NCBI GenBank assembly: GCA_003344405.1 | Contig: NOWV01000018.1 | Location: forward strand, 558,001 to 622,000 | Length of the DNA: 64,000 nt | Source of the DNA: Trichoplax sp. H2 | Lineage: Eukaryota | Direction of reading: 5' to 3' | Shown here: in pieces, positions 37,394 to 51,000 of the stretch | Layout of the letters: the number at the start of each line of letters is the position of its first letter | Position numbering within the stretch: position 1 is the first letter of the stretch | The notes under the pieces: model-generated | What the model saw: only the letters and a program-made list of their open reading frames with translations | Databases searched by the model: none | What the model was told of the DNA's origin: nothing | Made by a program: the position numbers and the translations under genes

Positions 37394-40300
37394 CTAGACT
37401 GGAGAAGCAGCAGATTTAACAGAAGTTTCAGTTCCATCTTTATGACCTGCTCCAAAATCCGGCGATTTAACTTCAACTTCATCTTCTTCATCGTCAGGTA
37501 ATGGAGTTTTACCGTCGTTGTCAAGCTATGCAAAACAAATCAAAAATTTAATAGCCTTTTACGATCAGTAGGTATAATCGAAAAACCTAATCAAAATAGC
37601 TAACAGCTAAAGGTTACTGAATCTGTCATTATTACATTTAATAACCGTAATATAGAAAACTCCTTGTAATGATTATAATTATCGAACTGTAAACACATTT
37701 CATAAGAAATGACATAAAAAATCAAATTCCATTAAAATATTGTAGATCAGTTCATATTCAGAATATACAGGAAAAGAATAGACTCGAATAAAAACGTAGT
37801 TCTACTTTCGTCAATGTCTACTATGTATCAACGGAGTGATTTAATGAATCTCACTAGGAATAATGAACTTAATATACGAGCTATACATGCTGATTTAATA
37901 GTTGTAATTTAATGGCAAGGTTGTTCCGAAATCTTTCAATAATATTTTTAACTAGCCTGAAAATACTACTTATTTCATAATTCGCTGATTATGTGATAAA
38001 GTTTGCCTAGAAACGAGACTTACTGCTATCAGTTCTCTTCTCGTGAAAAAGTGCTTCATTTGCCAGCGAACTGGAATAGTCAAAATTATAAAGAGTGGGA
38101 AAGCAATAGAAGCTTCGGTCGATTTGATAACCCAAAGGACGACGATGCATACAATTTGTACTAAAGTGAAAAGATGAATCTTTCTTGTTGGCACCTGATG
38201 AGATAAAAAGTTAAAGATACTAATTAAGAAGCCACCTATGTGTAGGTAATAATTGACATACTTGTACCGCACTAGTCCGACAATATTTATGTACCAAGGT
38301 ATCGATGTAAAATTTTAGTCGCAGTCACTTACATTGCGAACAAATATAGTTTCTGGATGGTACTTTGAAGGCATAATCAGCATCTTAATTCTTTCTATTA
38401 GCTGAACTCCGTTTAAGGATGTAAATCCCATGTATAGGAAAACACCATAAAGAACCGGTATAGGGATTAATCGAAGGACATCAGTTAAGAATAAGGAAGC
38501 GCCTAAAGATAACGGCAATAACGCCACGTTAATACAATAAAAGTTTAAATTTTATAGTGATGATAGTGTTATTTTCCTTTCAATTTTTCAAGCCTATATC
38601 TTGATATCAATATATGCAGCAGTGTGTATACTTACCTATCATGATATGAATGAGTAAATTGCTAACTCGTTGTTCTTTAACTTCAACTAATTGGGATTTT
38701 TCTCCAGGAGCATTTGATTTACTCATGACTGTAACACTTAAAGTATGAGATAGCGTACGGACAGTGGCAACGCACATCCATGGAGCACCAATAAGTGATG
38801 TTATACCGACACCAATACCAACAAGGAGTAAGTTAATGTGGAACCCAGATCCCTAATCAAAGTAGATACACAGTATAGCAAACTTAAGCAAGCAATTGAA
38901 ATAAATTAAAGCGATGAATAATTACAATTAATCAGTAAGAGTACTCTTTTTTTGTCAATTGAAATGAGTACTTTAACGTTAACTGCCAACACGAGCATAG
39001 CATTATAAATACGCACCTTCTTCATCTTATTCTCTTTTTTATTAACTAAAAGCAATGTAATTTCTGTTTCCATAAACAATAAAATCAAAACCAGCAAAGC
39101 TGGAACAGCCGCTAAAAACATTAATCCAACCGGGAAAGGTTCTTTTAATCCAAGAGGGTTTATTAACCAACCCCGTTTATGTGGAGAAGTTGTCGATAGA
39201 CCACCTGGTACTTCCAATGTTCTAACATAAACACCATGAATCAAAAGATTTACGACTACCATGGCTGCAATTGAGATTGGGATACCAAAATCACTGATAA
39301 TTTGGCGGGCCTAAAATGAAAAACCATATTAAACGACATATATTAGCAAATAGTATCCAATCATCAATAACGAATATTTTGCAATCCGGCTCTAAAATTG
39401 ACCAGACAATTATAACACAACATTTAACGTTGATACAATTTGGTCACCAAAATTAACCTTTTCAATAAACCTAATTGAATTAGAGCCTTAAATCACTCCG
39501 AAGCATATCTTACCTGGCGTCCTAAATATTGACTATTTCTAAATTGGCGGAAGAACATGGCCAGACCAAATGTTCCCAACATTAAGATAGTGGAAAGTAA
39601 AGAGGTATTGGGGCGAGGTGGAATCACTTGTACAGCAGATGTTGTATTTGATATATTGCTATTGAAAAATGAAATAGGTATAGTGGCGTTGGTAGTGGAA
39701 AGATTGTTTTCTACCACTGTGCAATAATCGCTTATGAGAGGATGATTTTCGTAGATCTAGGAGGAAATGAATTTAGTGTCATTAACGACAAGAAAGAATT
39801 CTATCAAATTGATAGCCCCCTGTTTCGATAGTATATAAAAAGTTTCCATTACTACTATACCTTAATGAGATTAAAGAAAGCTTCGTAGATAAAAATGATG
39901 GATACCAAAGCGGAGAATATCTCTTGAGTAAATCGTGAAAAATAGCGTACAAGAAAGCTTCCTTCTAATGCCACGGTTACAAAACATATAATCATAACCC
40001 ACGCACCGATCCAGAATCGGAAAACGATATATTCGATATTAAACTGGCCACACAGCTATAACATGTCAAATAGTAAATTAACTCAATACTAATTCCAATT
40101 TTGTTTCGTAACATAAACATATGTTTAAAGTAGATAGAAAGCATGCATTGTCTTTTAATTAAGTAAATTGATAATTCTATAAATTTAAAAAAGATTCTAT
40201 CTTGCATCTTCTCTATGTTATAATGTGTGCTCACTTGTAAAATCATTAATTTATAAAGAACTACGATATTTAATAAAGCAACTTACCTCATAAACAATTT

Positions 40301-42463
40301 CTTCAAATATCAATATAGGCCCAGTAGAACCTATGATAGCTAATGGCTGCCCAGCAAAGAATGCAAACATAAGACCAATAATAGCTGTACCTAATATCAT
40401 TTCGCTTACACCAATCCAACCGTCGGTTTTTGAACTAATTAAACCTCCGAATGTAATTGCTGGTGAAATGCATGCAAAGTAAATGAAAATAAAAGCTGCC
40501 AAAGTTTGAAAATTTAATCCGTCTAAAATAAAAAAAGTGCACAAAAATATTACGATCAAAATTATTACATGAAATATTAACTTCATTTAGAAAACGAAAT
40601 TATATAAAACATACTATAGAGCAATATTACTAAATGCCAATTAGTGACTATCGTATATCACAAGAAGAACAGTTGATTGTTTACCTTTGAAATCACTAAC
40701 GTAATAAGGATAGCGCTTCTTGCATTCATTGATAAAGCCTCCAAATAATCGCCCTGTTCTTTTCAATGGATCATTTTCTTCTTGTCCAACCATATGAACA
40801 TCGGCAAATCGTGGTGATAGCTCGTTCTCATCTAATGCATTTCAAAACAACCACTTAATACAGCCTTTATAGTCTTATTTCATATTTACATCCAAATTAC
40901 GGATGTAAAACCATGCATCAAGTTAATGCCATTCGTAATACGCGTATACTTTAGAAAGACCCACAATTATCATTTTTCACTACCTGCTAATATTCTGACT
41001 GTACTACCGATACGGTTAGAATTATCTGGTAGCGTTACTGGGTCCAACATATCTTTATCCCAATCACCAGGCGGTAAGACAACGCTTTGATCCAGAAACT
41101 GGTTAATCGCATTCAATAAGTCCATGCGTGTCTCAGCAGCGTAAGCTGCTTGATTAAAGCTCTACAATGTAAAATAGCAAAATACGAGCGGTCAAGACGG
41201 ATTAAAAGAAACTAGACAATTTCAAGTACAGTAGGTAAAGTATGTATTTGCTTCTTACGACTGCGTCTCTCAATGCATACAAAGTTAAAGTATGATATCA
41301 TTTCTTAAGCTAGTAGTATCGTTACCTCATTTGACATCAATGTTGAAATTGATCTTCCAATTTCGTAATAGTTAATAGTATCATCTTCCGGACCCATCAT
41401 GATGAAAATAAAACGAACTGGTATGGGTGCTTCGGCTAAATTGCCTAATCGTCTCCCTTTCGTCAATCGCGCAAAGGCGACAATTGGCTTTTTCATGTCA
41501 TTAACGGTACCGACGAGGACTGTACAAGCCTCAGAACCTGACGGAATCTTGCGTAATATGCCTGAATCGTCGCATTCTTCAATCTCTTCCTGTTTATCTA
41601 AATTAGTCACTGATTTGCCTAAATTAGCACGAATTTGATCCCTCGATTCCTAGAAGATAAATTTTATTATGACAGCAGGGCTGAGTACAAGTTGGATACT
41701 TGAGTAAATAAGAGAAAGGAATTACTCTCCAACATTCTATGACAATTTAGTAACCAGCTCTCTTCGAAATGTTGCTTACCTGCAAAAATGTCACCGATGG
41801 TGATAACACACCTTTCTCTGCTTGCTGCATACTAGGCGATACTGGAGTCATGGGAACAAATGGTGTAAATACCTCAGCTTGTGACGGATTCTGTGCCTGT
41901 TCATCGTTAGATGATGCTTTCTCTGCTGTATCACTTACCATTTCTAAACTAACAAATTGGCTTGAATCAACATTTTCACTATTAGGAACGTCACGAACAC
42001 CAGCTCCAGAAGCAGGGGCATCCTGGTATAGTTCTGTTTTGGATATGTCACCCTTAGAACCAGAATCACTTTTTCGAGTAGGAGCTAAGGAAGGCAGGTA
42101 AAAATATGGTAAAATTAAACAAAGATAGCGCTGTGATTAAAAAACGGGATCCTACGGTATATATCATCATATGCTGAAAGTTGAACTGTAAACCGGTAGG
42201 ATAAAAGTAAAAAATAATTTGAAAAAATCTCTACAGTAGATTTCCTCTAGTTAAACTGCAATTCTATATAATATCTCGAAGATCGCAATATTAATATTTA
42301 CAGTTAACGTAATACTTTACTTTAAAAGTACTGACTTACAATATTAGTTTTCCGTATGTTTGTATAATATGATTAAAGCATTTCTACAAATAAATAAGAT
42401 TGCATAACAAATAGATTATGGTTTGATTTACCTTCATGCGTTTGAGAGGTTTTTCTGTGCTTG

Positions 42464-42498
<35 letters not shown>

Positions 42499-44794
42499 TC
42501 GTGATTGATGTTGATGTTTTAGTAGTAAAAGTTGAAGTATTTTGGCACCAGTCTGCACATCGGTATCATTGGTCAAGATCATACTTTCTACTAAAGAAAT
42601 GGCAATACTGCCGAAATCGCTTTCTTTCATATCTAGCATAACCGTACCTGAAATACATAGTTTACAATTTTAATTCATTCATCTAACGTAGACTTAATGT
42701 TCTTCTTTAAAGAGCAGCAATGCAGTATTTAGAAAAGCTTGAAATAAATATGATTTTCACCTCAGTACTCCTAAATGTCTTAGAATAAACTTACCGACTT
42801 CTAAACAGCGCTTCAACTCCAACAAGCTGTGAAATGATAAATAAGCCACATGTGGCTTTCCCCATCGATCAGCTGCTTCTTGAACATCTTCTTCAAATTT
42901 AATCCATCGTGCTTTCTCTTTCCAAGCTAACTCTTCTCCACTATCATCAACCGCAACCAGCTCTTCTAATTCAGCAAATACCTGCAAAAACATTATAACA
43001 ATTACAACTCTTGAACTCATTTGAGTAAAATTTCATCTACTCAATATGCTCGCAATGTAATTATCTGAGAGTAAAAGTATCCAGAATTTTATAATAGGTT
43101 TCGATATAAAATACTCAAAAAATCAGCGATTACTAAAGATTTCGATATAAATGCGCGAATATGTTATACTCTATTAATACCGGATGAGGAGTTTTATCGA
43201 TTAATTTGTTTTCCTGAGGAATTTGAATAGTTAAACTCGGTCCCTTTTTCTTTTTTGGCTCATTATTTGCTTCCTTTTCTTCAGTATTATCTGATACTGG
43301 CTGGGATTCTTTTAAATCATCAGCACTAGCAGATGTTGTTTGGTCGGCGTTAATATTTTGTCCTAATTCCGCCGAGTTTTGGTCTATCAATTTCATGTAT
43401 AAGTACAAAATGCAAAGTTATCAATAATCTCACAGTAGATTTAAATTTATTCACTATTAAGTTTAAGTTTCGCCGTGAAAATAAGGTACTTTATTAGTTT
43501 AGAAGTAGAAATTTAAAATTTCTATGGTAGCATAGGAAATAGGTATGGTTAGGAAATACTCTTTGGTCCTTTAGGCTATTAATAGATGTTATGTAATAGC
43601 CTCTCTTTCGTAGACTATATTTAAAAACTGGTAAGGTAATTTTACTACAGTGATGATCGAAACTAAAGTGAATCTATAGCGTGCCCTCTAAATGATCCGT
43701 AACATCTGTGTTTCATCATCTAAATATCAAAGATTGGCCATCGTTCTATTGATTAAGAGTAATTTATTCACTCATTTTATCGTAATATTGTGTTCTCAAA
43801 TACTATGTTATTAGACATACAAGAGGCTATTTTCGATATATTGTACATATAACCTAAATCTTGACTAAGTATAAACTGAAAGTAGGAATATAACAAGGTA
43901 TAACAAACGTAAAAGTTACATCAACGAAATGATTCTTAACTACTTTGCCTTTCTTTCAAATACTTGTTGACAATCATGTTTCGGTATTGATTACGGTTTA
44001 AAAATAGTCACATTTTAAAACGATATCACGGCTTGACTTTTTCCTCTTCTGCAAATACCTATGAGAAATCGTCTTTTTTCTTACCTGCTTTAACATCGTC
44101 AGTGGACATTGCCTCTCCTGATAACAGAAGTGGTGACAATGGTATTTCGGCAGTGGTAGTTAAATTACGAATGGAGGCTTCTAATTCATCTTTCTAAATG
44201 ATGGTAAACATTACAAGAGTACATTCCGCTATTAAACATAATATTACAATATCTCTGCTAACGACAATTTCTCTATTCTACAATATTAATCAATCAAAAT
44301 TTATTCAATATGAAAGGAATGTAATATCTAGCCATATACTTGATAGCGTGCGTTCAAATTTTAGGACGCCCTAAAAGCAAGATCGGTGCTGTGTTCTATC
44401 ACTTTGTGGTACTGTAAATATTTTTAAGGTAGTTAATCTTACCATATATTTACGACCTAGATAAACTTTCGAAATAGTATAGTATGAATTTAGAAGATAA
44501 TCGTAACAGCTATTTTGGACTGGTATATTTTTAAATCCTGTCGAAAAATGACTACAATTAAAACTAATAACTAAATTTGAAAGACAGTTGTAAAAAGCAG
44601 CCGAAACGTCGGTATCAGTCCTAAGCAATAAAATGTGTATGTTGCTATTTATGGATAGTTAATTTAATTAGAGCTAATTCGTAGACTTTAAATACGACAT
44701 TTTAATACTTTGAATTAGTGTATTATAAACTGATTAATAGCAAATAGATACGACAGCCGTGAAAATACTTTACCTGAACACTTAGTGACGACAT
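37394..44794 (-). CDS. SLC4 bicarbonate transporter / anion exchanger (AE-like), paralog B, multi-exon
   Basis: First exon 44794-44774 (MSSLSVQ), then in-frame exons with [105 protein letters not shown] and [10 protein letters not shown]. Last exon LDNDG..SAASPV* with stop at 37394. Confidence 0.92.
42463..42498 (-). repeat. Coding (CAT)11CAC trinucleotide tract = His12 in SLC4-B
   Basis: gtg(atg)11 on the + strand, in frame within [11 protein letters not shown]12-KHRK. Confidence 0.9.
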
Positions 44795-47700
44795 GTTGGG
44801 GATGCCGTCGGTTGTGAATAATGAAATAAATTTGAGAAAATCGACTCTCCTCAAGGTAGTACCTTGGAGTGATTGAAAAGTTCAGAAATGACGAAGCAAA
44901 TACGTAGAGTATTGATCTTAAATAACAACTTCTGTAGTTAAAATTTGTTTTATTTCCTGATTAGTTATTGGTCTATCGCTAATATATTTGTTTTAAGCCA
45001 TATGTAAGAGTCCGGAACTATTTGAAGTTTATGAAGGCGTAGATGCCGGCAACAAATGGCCATCGCAGTTTGGAAATGATTTATTGGATATCGTAAAGTT
45101 CAATATCCGATTTTTTCTAATTAATTATTACCTTTAACTTCCCTTTTTCTTACCTTGCTAAATCATTTAATTATTGATAAAAATAACTACCATATTGGAG
45201 AATCATTCTGAACAAATAATCCATTAATATAGTTATACTTGCTCGTATTCCAATTCGAAACTGAATTTGTCTTCGCTATTACTAAGCTTTATTTTAGGAA
45301 AATAGCTTTGTTACTGTAGAGTAACTTATTATAACTAAAGTATACAACGCTATCTAATGCATTATATGGTAAATGTTACTTTCTAGGCGACTGATTACTG
45401 TCATAAGCTTTATTCCAAATTAAGAACTTAAGCTAAAGGAATACTTTATCTAAATTGATTCAATTTTAGAACTGTAAGGAAAATTAATTTAATGTCAATA
45501 GTGCAAGTAATAGTAGCTTTTAACAATCATCTTTTATTCACCTTAGGTAGGATATCATAGTCTGACCACACTATTTTATAAGTTGCAGACAAGATTAATC
45601 ATAATTACTTAGTACAAACAATATCAGCGGGAACATATAAATTGTCCACTTTAAAGTGATTTCCATATTTTACCAATTGCTTTACTGAAGACGATAGCTA
45701 ATTTGATCAATAAAGAGATCAGAGAATTCTAAGTGATCGATTATAGCTTCTATTAGAATTTCTATTCTCTACAGTAGATACTACATATACTGTACAGTAC
45801 TTGCGTATGAATAAGATTACGAACATTAACTTTATCGGCTTACCAACAAGGTCAAGTTAATAGTTGTCCTTGTCACATAATTTGAAATAAACATAAGTGT
45901 AATGACATTAGAATCATGGAAATGAATTGATTGTAAATTTTACATTTTTATTTAAAAATTTCATGGATTTTGATTTTAGTTTTATGAGATCTGACGGCCG
46001 CATTTTTTAAATTTTAGCTTCTTATTTTTTCTCTTATTGTAATAATATTTGAAGTTATATTCAGAAGAGTAAGTACGAATGGTGCGTTATGCAAGACTAT
46101 AAATGAAGCTAAAATAATATTTGATAATGAGCATGAACATTGCTGTTTAAAGAATGATCAAAATGTTTGACGAACGATTAAATGAAACAGCATGATGTCG
46201 CAATGCTATATTAAAAATTAGTTCGTTTTAAATCTAGTGGGTATCTGTCGAAAAGTCCCGATAATATATTCTGTTAGACTATACTATTTAAATACTACGA
46301 CATTCCTTCATTAATCTAGTATACGAACGACTTTACTCTACTAAGGTCGGCTAAAATAAGTGAAAGGGGTTGGTCAGAACTATAAAATTAATAACTTATT
46401 TGCATAGCTTTTACTTGCCAAAAATATTTGCATCTTTTATTCGGATTGAGATGAAGCGTGGTCTAATTTTCATGATTGAATTCTTTGAATCATTCCAGCT
46501 TATGATAGGTCAAAGTCAATATGGTACCATGAATTTATTAACATTGATTCTTTAGTAGCAATGTAGGCGTGGAAGGCAAATATAATAGCTTATTTCCTTC
46601 AGGGTGGTTTGAATGATTAGAATTCTGAACTACATTTCATCTAGCTTAAACGGTTACCTCTTACATATTTTCTTAAGGTAGCAATGATAAACGGAAAGCA
46701 GTATAGTAATAAACTATGGTTAACAATGGGACATCACGATAAAGAAGTTAGTTAACAATAGTAAAAGATGGCGAGACATGGTAGATTCATATCATGCTAC
46801 GACATGAAGGAAACTGGAAAATCATAATCATTGAATATTATGATATTTTAGTAAATTTCTTGTATTTCATGATAGTAATGCACTACACATTTTTTAGTAA
46901 TGAAGAACTCTTTAAGAGCAGGAATTTTAAAGCAATATCATTTGAGTTGTCTTCAGCAGTAGAAAATCTTATCCCTAGTGACCTATCATCTTATGTTAAG
47001 AATACAAATATACAAAGCCATGATGCTTACTCTAAAGTATTCATACTGAGAAAGTGAATTCTACGTAGAGAAAATTCCTAAATAATCAGTAATGCATAGT
47101 AAGCAAATTGCTGTTTATAGAATTAAACTGAAAGCACATATGTTACTTTTAATAGTCTAAGAGTGAGTAATGAGTAAAGAGTGAGTGAGTAATGTATGAG
47201 GAGTTGAATGCTAATTATATTATTATCGACTGACGAAGTTTTTTTGCAATTTATGATTTCATTTACTGGTTAAACTCAAGATCATAATCTTTAAAAGTTA
47301 GAATGCATAGCAACCAGATGTAAATTTAGTTTTTAAATATCATAGATAGCGAACAATTTCTAAATGACAGATCATCTATCTGTGCACGTATACTTGTTAA
47401 TAGCTTCCATATGAAAAATGAATTTATTGTAAGAGCATTTGTAGTTGTATAAACTTTTGAATGAAATAGTAGAGAGTAAAGGCATTCGCTTTATGTCATG
47501 TATATAGAATGTAATTCTAAAGTTGCTATGTTGAACCATGCATACATAAAAATTTAGAATGAAAAAATTTAAGAGACTTAGCTTTAACGTAGACCTGCAT
47601 TGGTTGTATTACAACTATGTACAATTACCGATCTCAATAAAAATTCTATTCGCGTGATTTTAATGCATTCTTCTATCGAAATTATGATACATTCTTTCTT

Positions 47701-48096
47701 ACATGACTGCATATACTCAAGACGCAATTCCTGAAATGGAATAAATTAGTCTATAAATCAAGTTAAAATATATAAAGATTCATATAACAGCATTATACTG
47801 TAAATCATGGAGATACTTTACAATAAAATGTACGCTTCAAAATCTTTATCTCGTAAATAAAATTAGGTGTGGTTAAATCAAAAAAGATAAAAGTTCCAGA
47901 AGTAGTCTATTTCATTTCAATTTTATATGATACTAACAGAAGATACAATTCTTTCAGCACTTGTAACAATACAGTATAATAGCAATAGCAAATTTACTCT
48001 GTATCAAAAAAATATTGAGCCGATAGGCTTTGATAAAATCATATATGCTATCAAAGATCAGGGGATCAGTTTTAATAATCCTTTCAGAAAAATATT

Positions 48097-51000
48097 TTAA
48101 GAATTTATCAAGGTGACGTAGGTTTTATCTCTTTTATACAATATATAATGTTGAATAATAAATATAATATCAAAAGCAATGGATAATACACCTAGCCCAA
48201 ATTTGGTCGGATTTCCAAGCATTGATCCCCAGTCATCTAGTAAAATAGATATTTCAGATATGATGAGAAACTTTAAATCATTGAATCAAGGTAATGGTAA
48301 TCGTATGATTGGATGTAACATAAAATCTCACTGCCATAATGAGACAAATCTAATATAGTGATATTTACCATGATTATATGCAATTAAGATCATTTGCAAT
48401 ACGCTAAAAACACCTCCGACAACGTCTAATAAGACGCCAGTTATACTCCATCCTTCGGTACTTTGACGCTTATAGTTTAAATACACCTTTGAAAAATTCG
48501 TTATAAATAATATCATTTTAGTCCAATATTCCTTACTACTTCTATTGATCTAATCGTTCCGTAAATATCTTGAAAAGGCTCTACATTTTGACTACTGCCT
48601 TTTGTATTTGTTACCTGTGGCACGTTTTTTACTACATTAACTCCTAACTTTACGTAGGATAAATAATAGAAGAAATTTAGCCACGATATCTTGCCCACTA
48701 TGGCTAGTATCAGTGATACGAAAATGAATATGGTTGACCCAGATACCAAAATAGTGCCGGTCCTAGAAACTTTTTGATTACCACGCTAGATAGACCCATC
48801 AAAATAGTTACAAGTTATCGCATATTTACTAAGGATATATAATTAAAAATTGAAAAAAAATTACAACATAACGTACTGTACTTACACATAATTGACAACT
48901 AAAATGGGCCACACACTGAATTTATTAGCCTACCTCATAGCGTATACATTGGAGAATCAAGAAGATTGTCAGAATAACGGAATGAATACCAAAGAATACA
49001 TCATTGCCTTTTACAGGAATTATTTCATAAGGGTGCAAGGCTTTATATTCTTTCTAAGATTGACAATGAATAGGATTAATGATATCAAAACAGTTGTATC
49101 ATTGCCGAATAAACAATCTACTACAAGTGGTTAATACTTTGAGGTAACATTATCAAATGTTGCTAGGTCTATGTTTAATCCAAATAGTATGGCTACCTTG
49201 ATTTCATCTACCCAAAATAAGTTAATATTAAATGCGGCATAAGCAGAAAATCCGATCAGATTTAAAGCCACTAGATCGAAATTTAATCCAATGACACTAA
49301 GAAAAAAATGCCGTAATGCATGTCATATACTATATTTTACTATGCATACAATAAAGATTGTACTTTCTTTTTTATTAATTGAAAATAAGTTAATAGCAAT
49401 ATTTTCCACCAGTACCTTTTTCTTTGCCAATTTTCTAGAACCTACAGTCATTATTAAATTAAAGTAACTTAATGATTATATTAATCCAAAATCAACTTCA
49501 ATTAAGGTTTTTTATGAGTAATGATAATATTAATTTGCGTCCATATACTTTGTTGGCTGTAATGCTTTGATATTTTGACTGTATTTCATAAGATATCTAT
49601 TATGTGCTAAGTGAAAACTTGGGTAATATCTTAAAGCCTCAAGATATTTCTTAATGGTAGAGTCATGAAAGCTTGATATTTACACCCGATAAAACCCTTT
49701 TTAGTTCACATTCATAAAGAAAGCTGAATACTAGCACTGTTTATGTACATGATAAAGTTTAGGCAGTACCGGTATTGTTACTTGGCTTACTTGCGGATAA
49801 AATGATATTGTCCAAGCAAGGAAATATAACCATCCAATAATTGCATTAATCACCAATAGTGTCTGAGAACGAATAACTTCTACCTTGATATAATTGTGAG
49901 ATATACTGTCATAATTTAGGAGAGATCGAAGTAATAGGTTAATGTTATTCTGTTAAAATCGATATTTTACATCCTGTTTAAGAAGTGATCACAATTGTGC
50001 ACTGTTGGAAATAACCGAAGAACATTGAAGTAATAATAAACAGCAAATATAATATACAGTACTTTGAAATTTCTTGAGAAGTAGTATTCATGATGATTTC
50101 AGTCTCTCCAGGGCCCACAGCAGTGATAGTAAAATTGGCTTTAGGAGCGGGATCATTTTGTATTGTAACCTATATCCATTCGGTGTTTTATTGAGCAATT
50201 TTATTAAAATGGGTTGTTTCAACAATCTTTCATGATCATAAAGTTGAGAATGCAAATTTCAACTCTTTTAATTCAATTATAATTATGTAGATTTACTCCA
50301 GTGAGGAACACTTTGATCGCTTAATAACTATGATGATAAACTGAGCACTCACAAGTTTTTGTTTTATACTTTGTATCTTATGTTAGGTTACTGTGTTATG
50401 AATAGTCTTAAAGGCAACTTAGTAGGCCTAGTAATCATGGTGAGCCTTAAACGTTATTTATTTGGTCTAGTGATAAAAATTAATACACTGCACTAATGTA
50501 ATTTCCATATGAAATGGAATATTTTACGTTACGTATAACGTGACATTATTAATGATAATATCTTAACTTTAAATGGTAATTTGTAATTTTTTGTTAGAAA
50601 ATTTGAAAGTAAAATTTCTAGATTAAAAAGCATTAGACAGAGCATTAATAGCCTTATCATTTTATGACATATAGGTTAAATAGAAAATGTGTAAAATATA
50701 CGTACTATACTCGTACATATATTATATAGGTAGTAATTTCGGTATCTATCTTCAGCCATACGAGAAATTTTAGGATAAATTTATTGACCAGTTTGATTAA
50801 GTAATCACTGGATTAAAATCTATAGTAGGATCTAAGTTGAAGTTTACCTCGTCTGGAACAGTAGCCACCAATGTATTGCGGCTGTAAAGGTTTATCGTAG
50901 TTGCTTGCTTTGGAATAGCACTATCAATATGATATAAATCTCTCAAATGGTTTGTCATGGTCTTGCTACAAAATGATGATGCAATGCAATCACTATCGTA

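Noticed and set aside
42423-42641. Poly-Asp ORF on the + strand
   Set aside because: Antisense reading of the SLC4-B poly-His exon.
44846-44868. Short inverted repeat caaggta-g-taccttg upstream of the SLC4-B ATG
   Set aside because: Short, with a 1-nt spacer; not distinguishable from chance.
44800-48090. Short ORFs between SLC4-B and cystinosin (46370-46555, 46794-47057)
   Set aside because: AT-rich, no motifs and no coherent splice pattern; probably non-coding.
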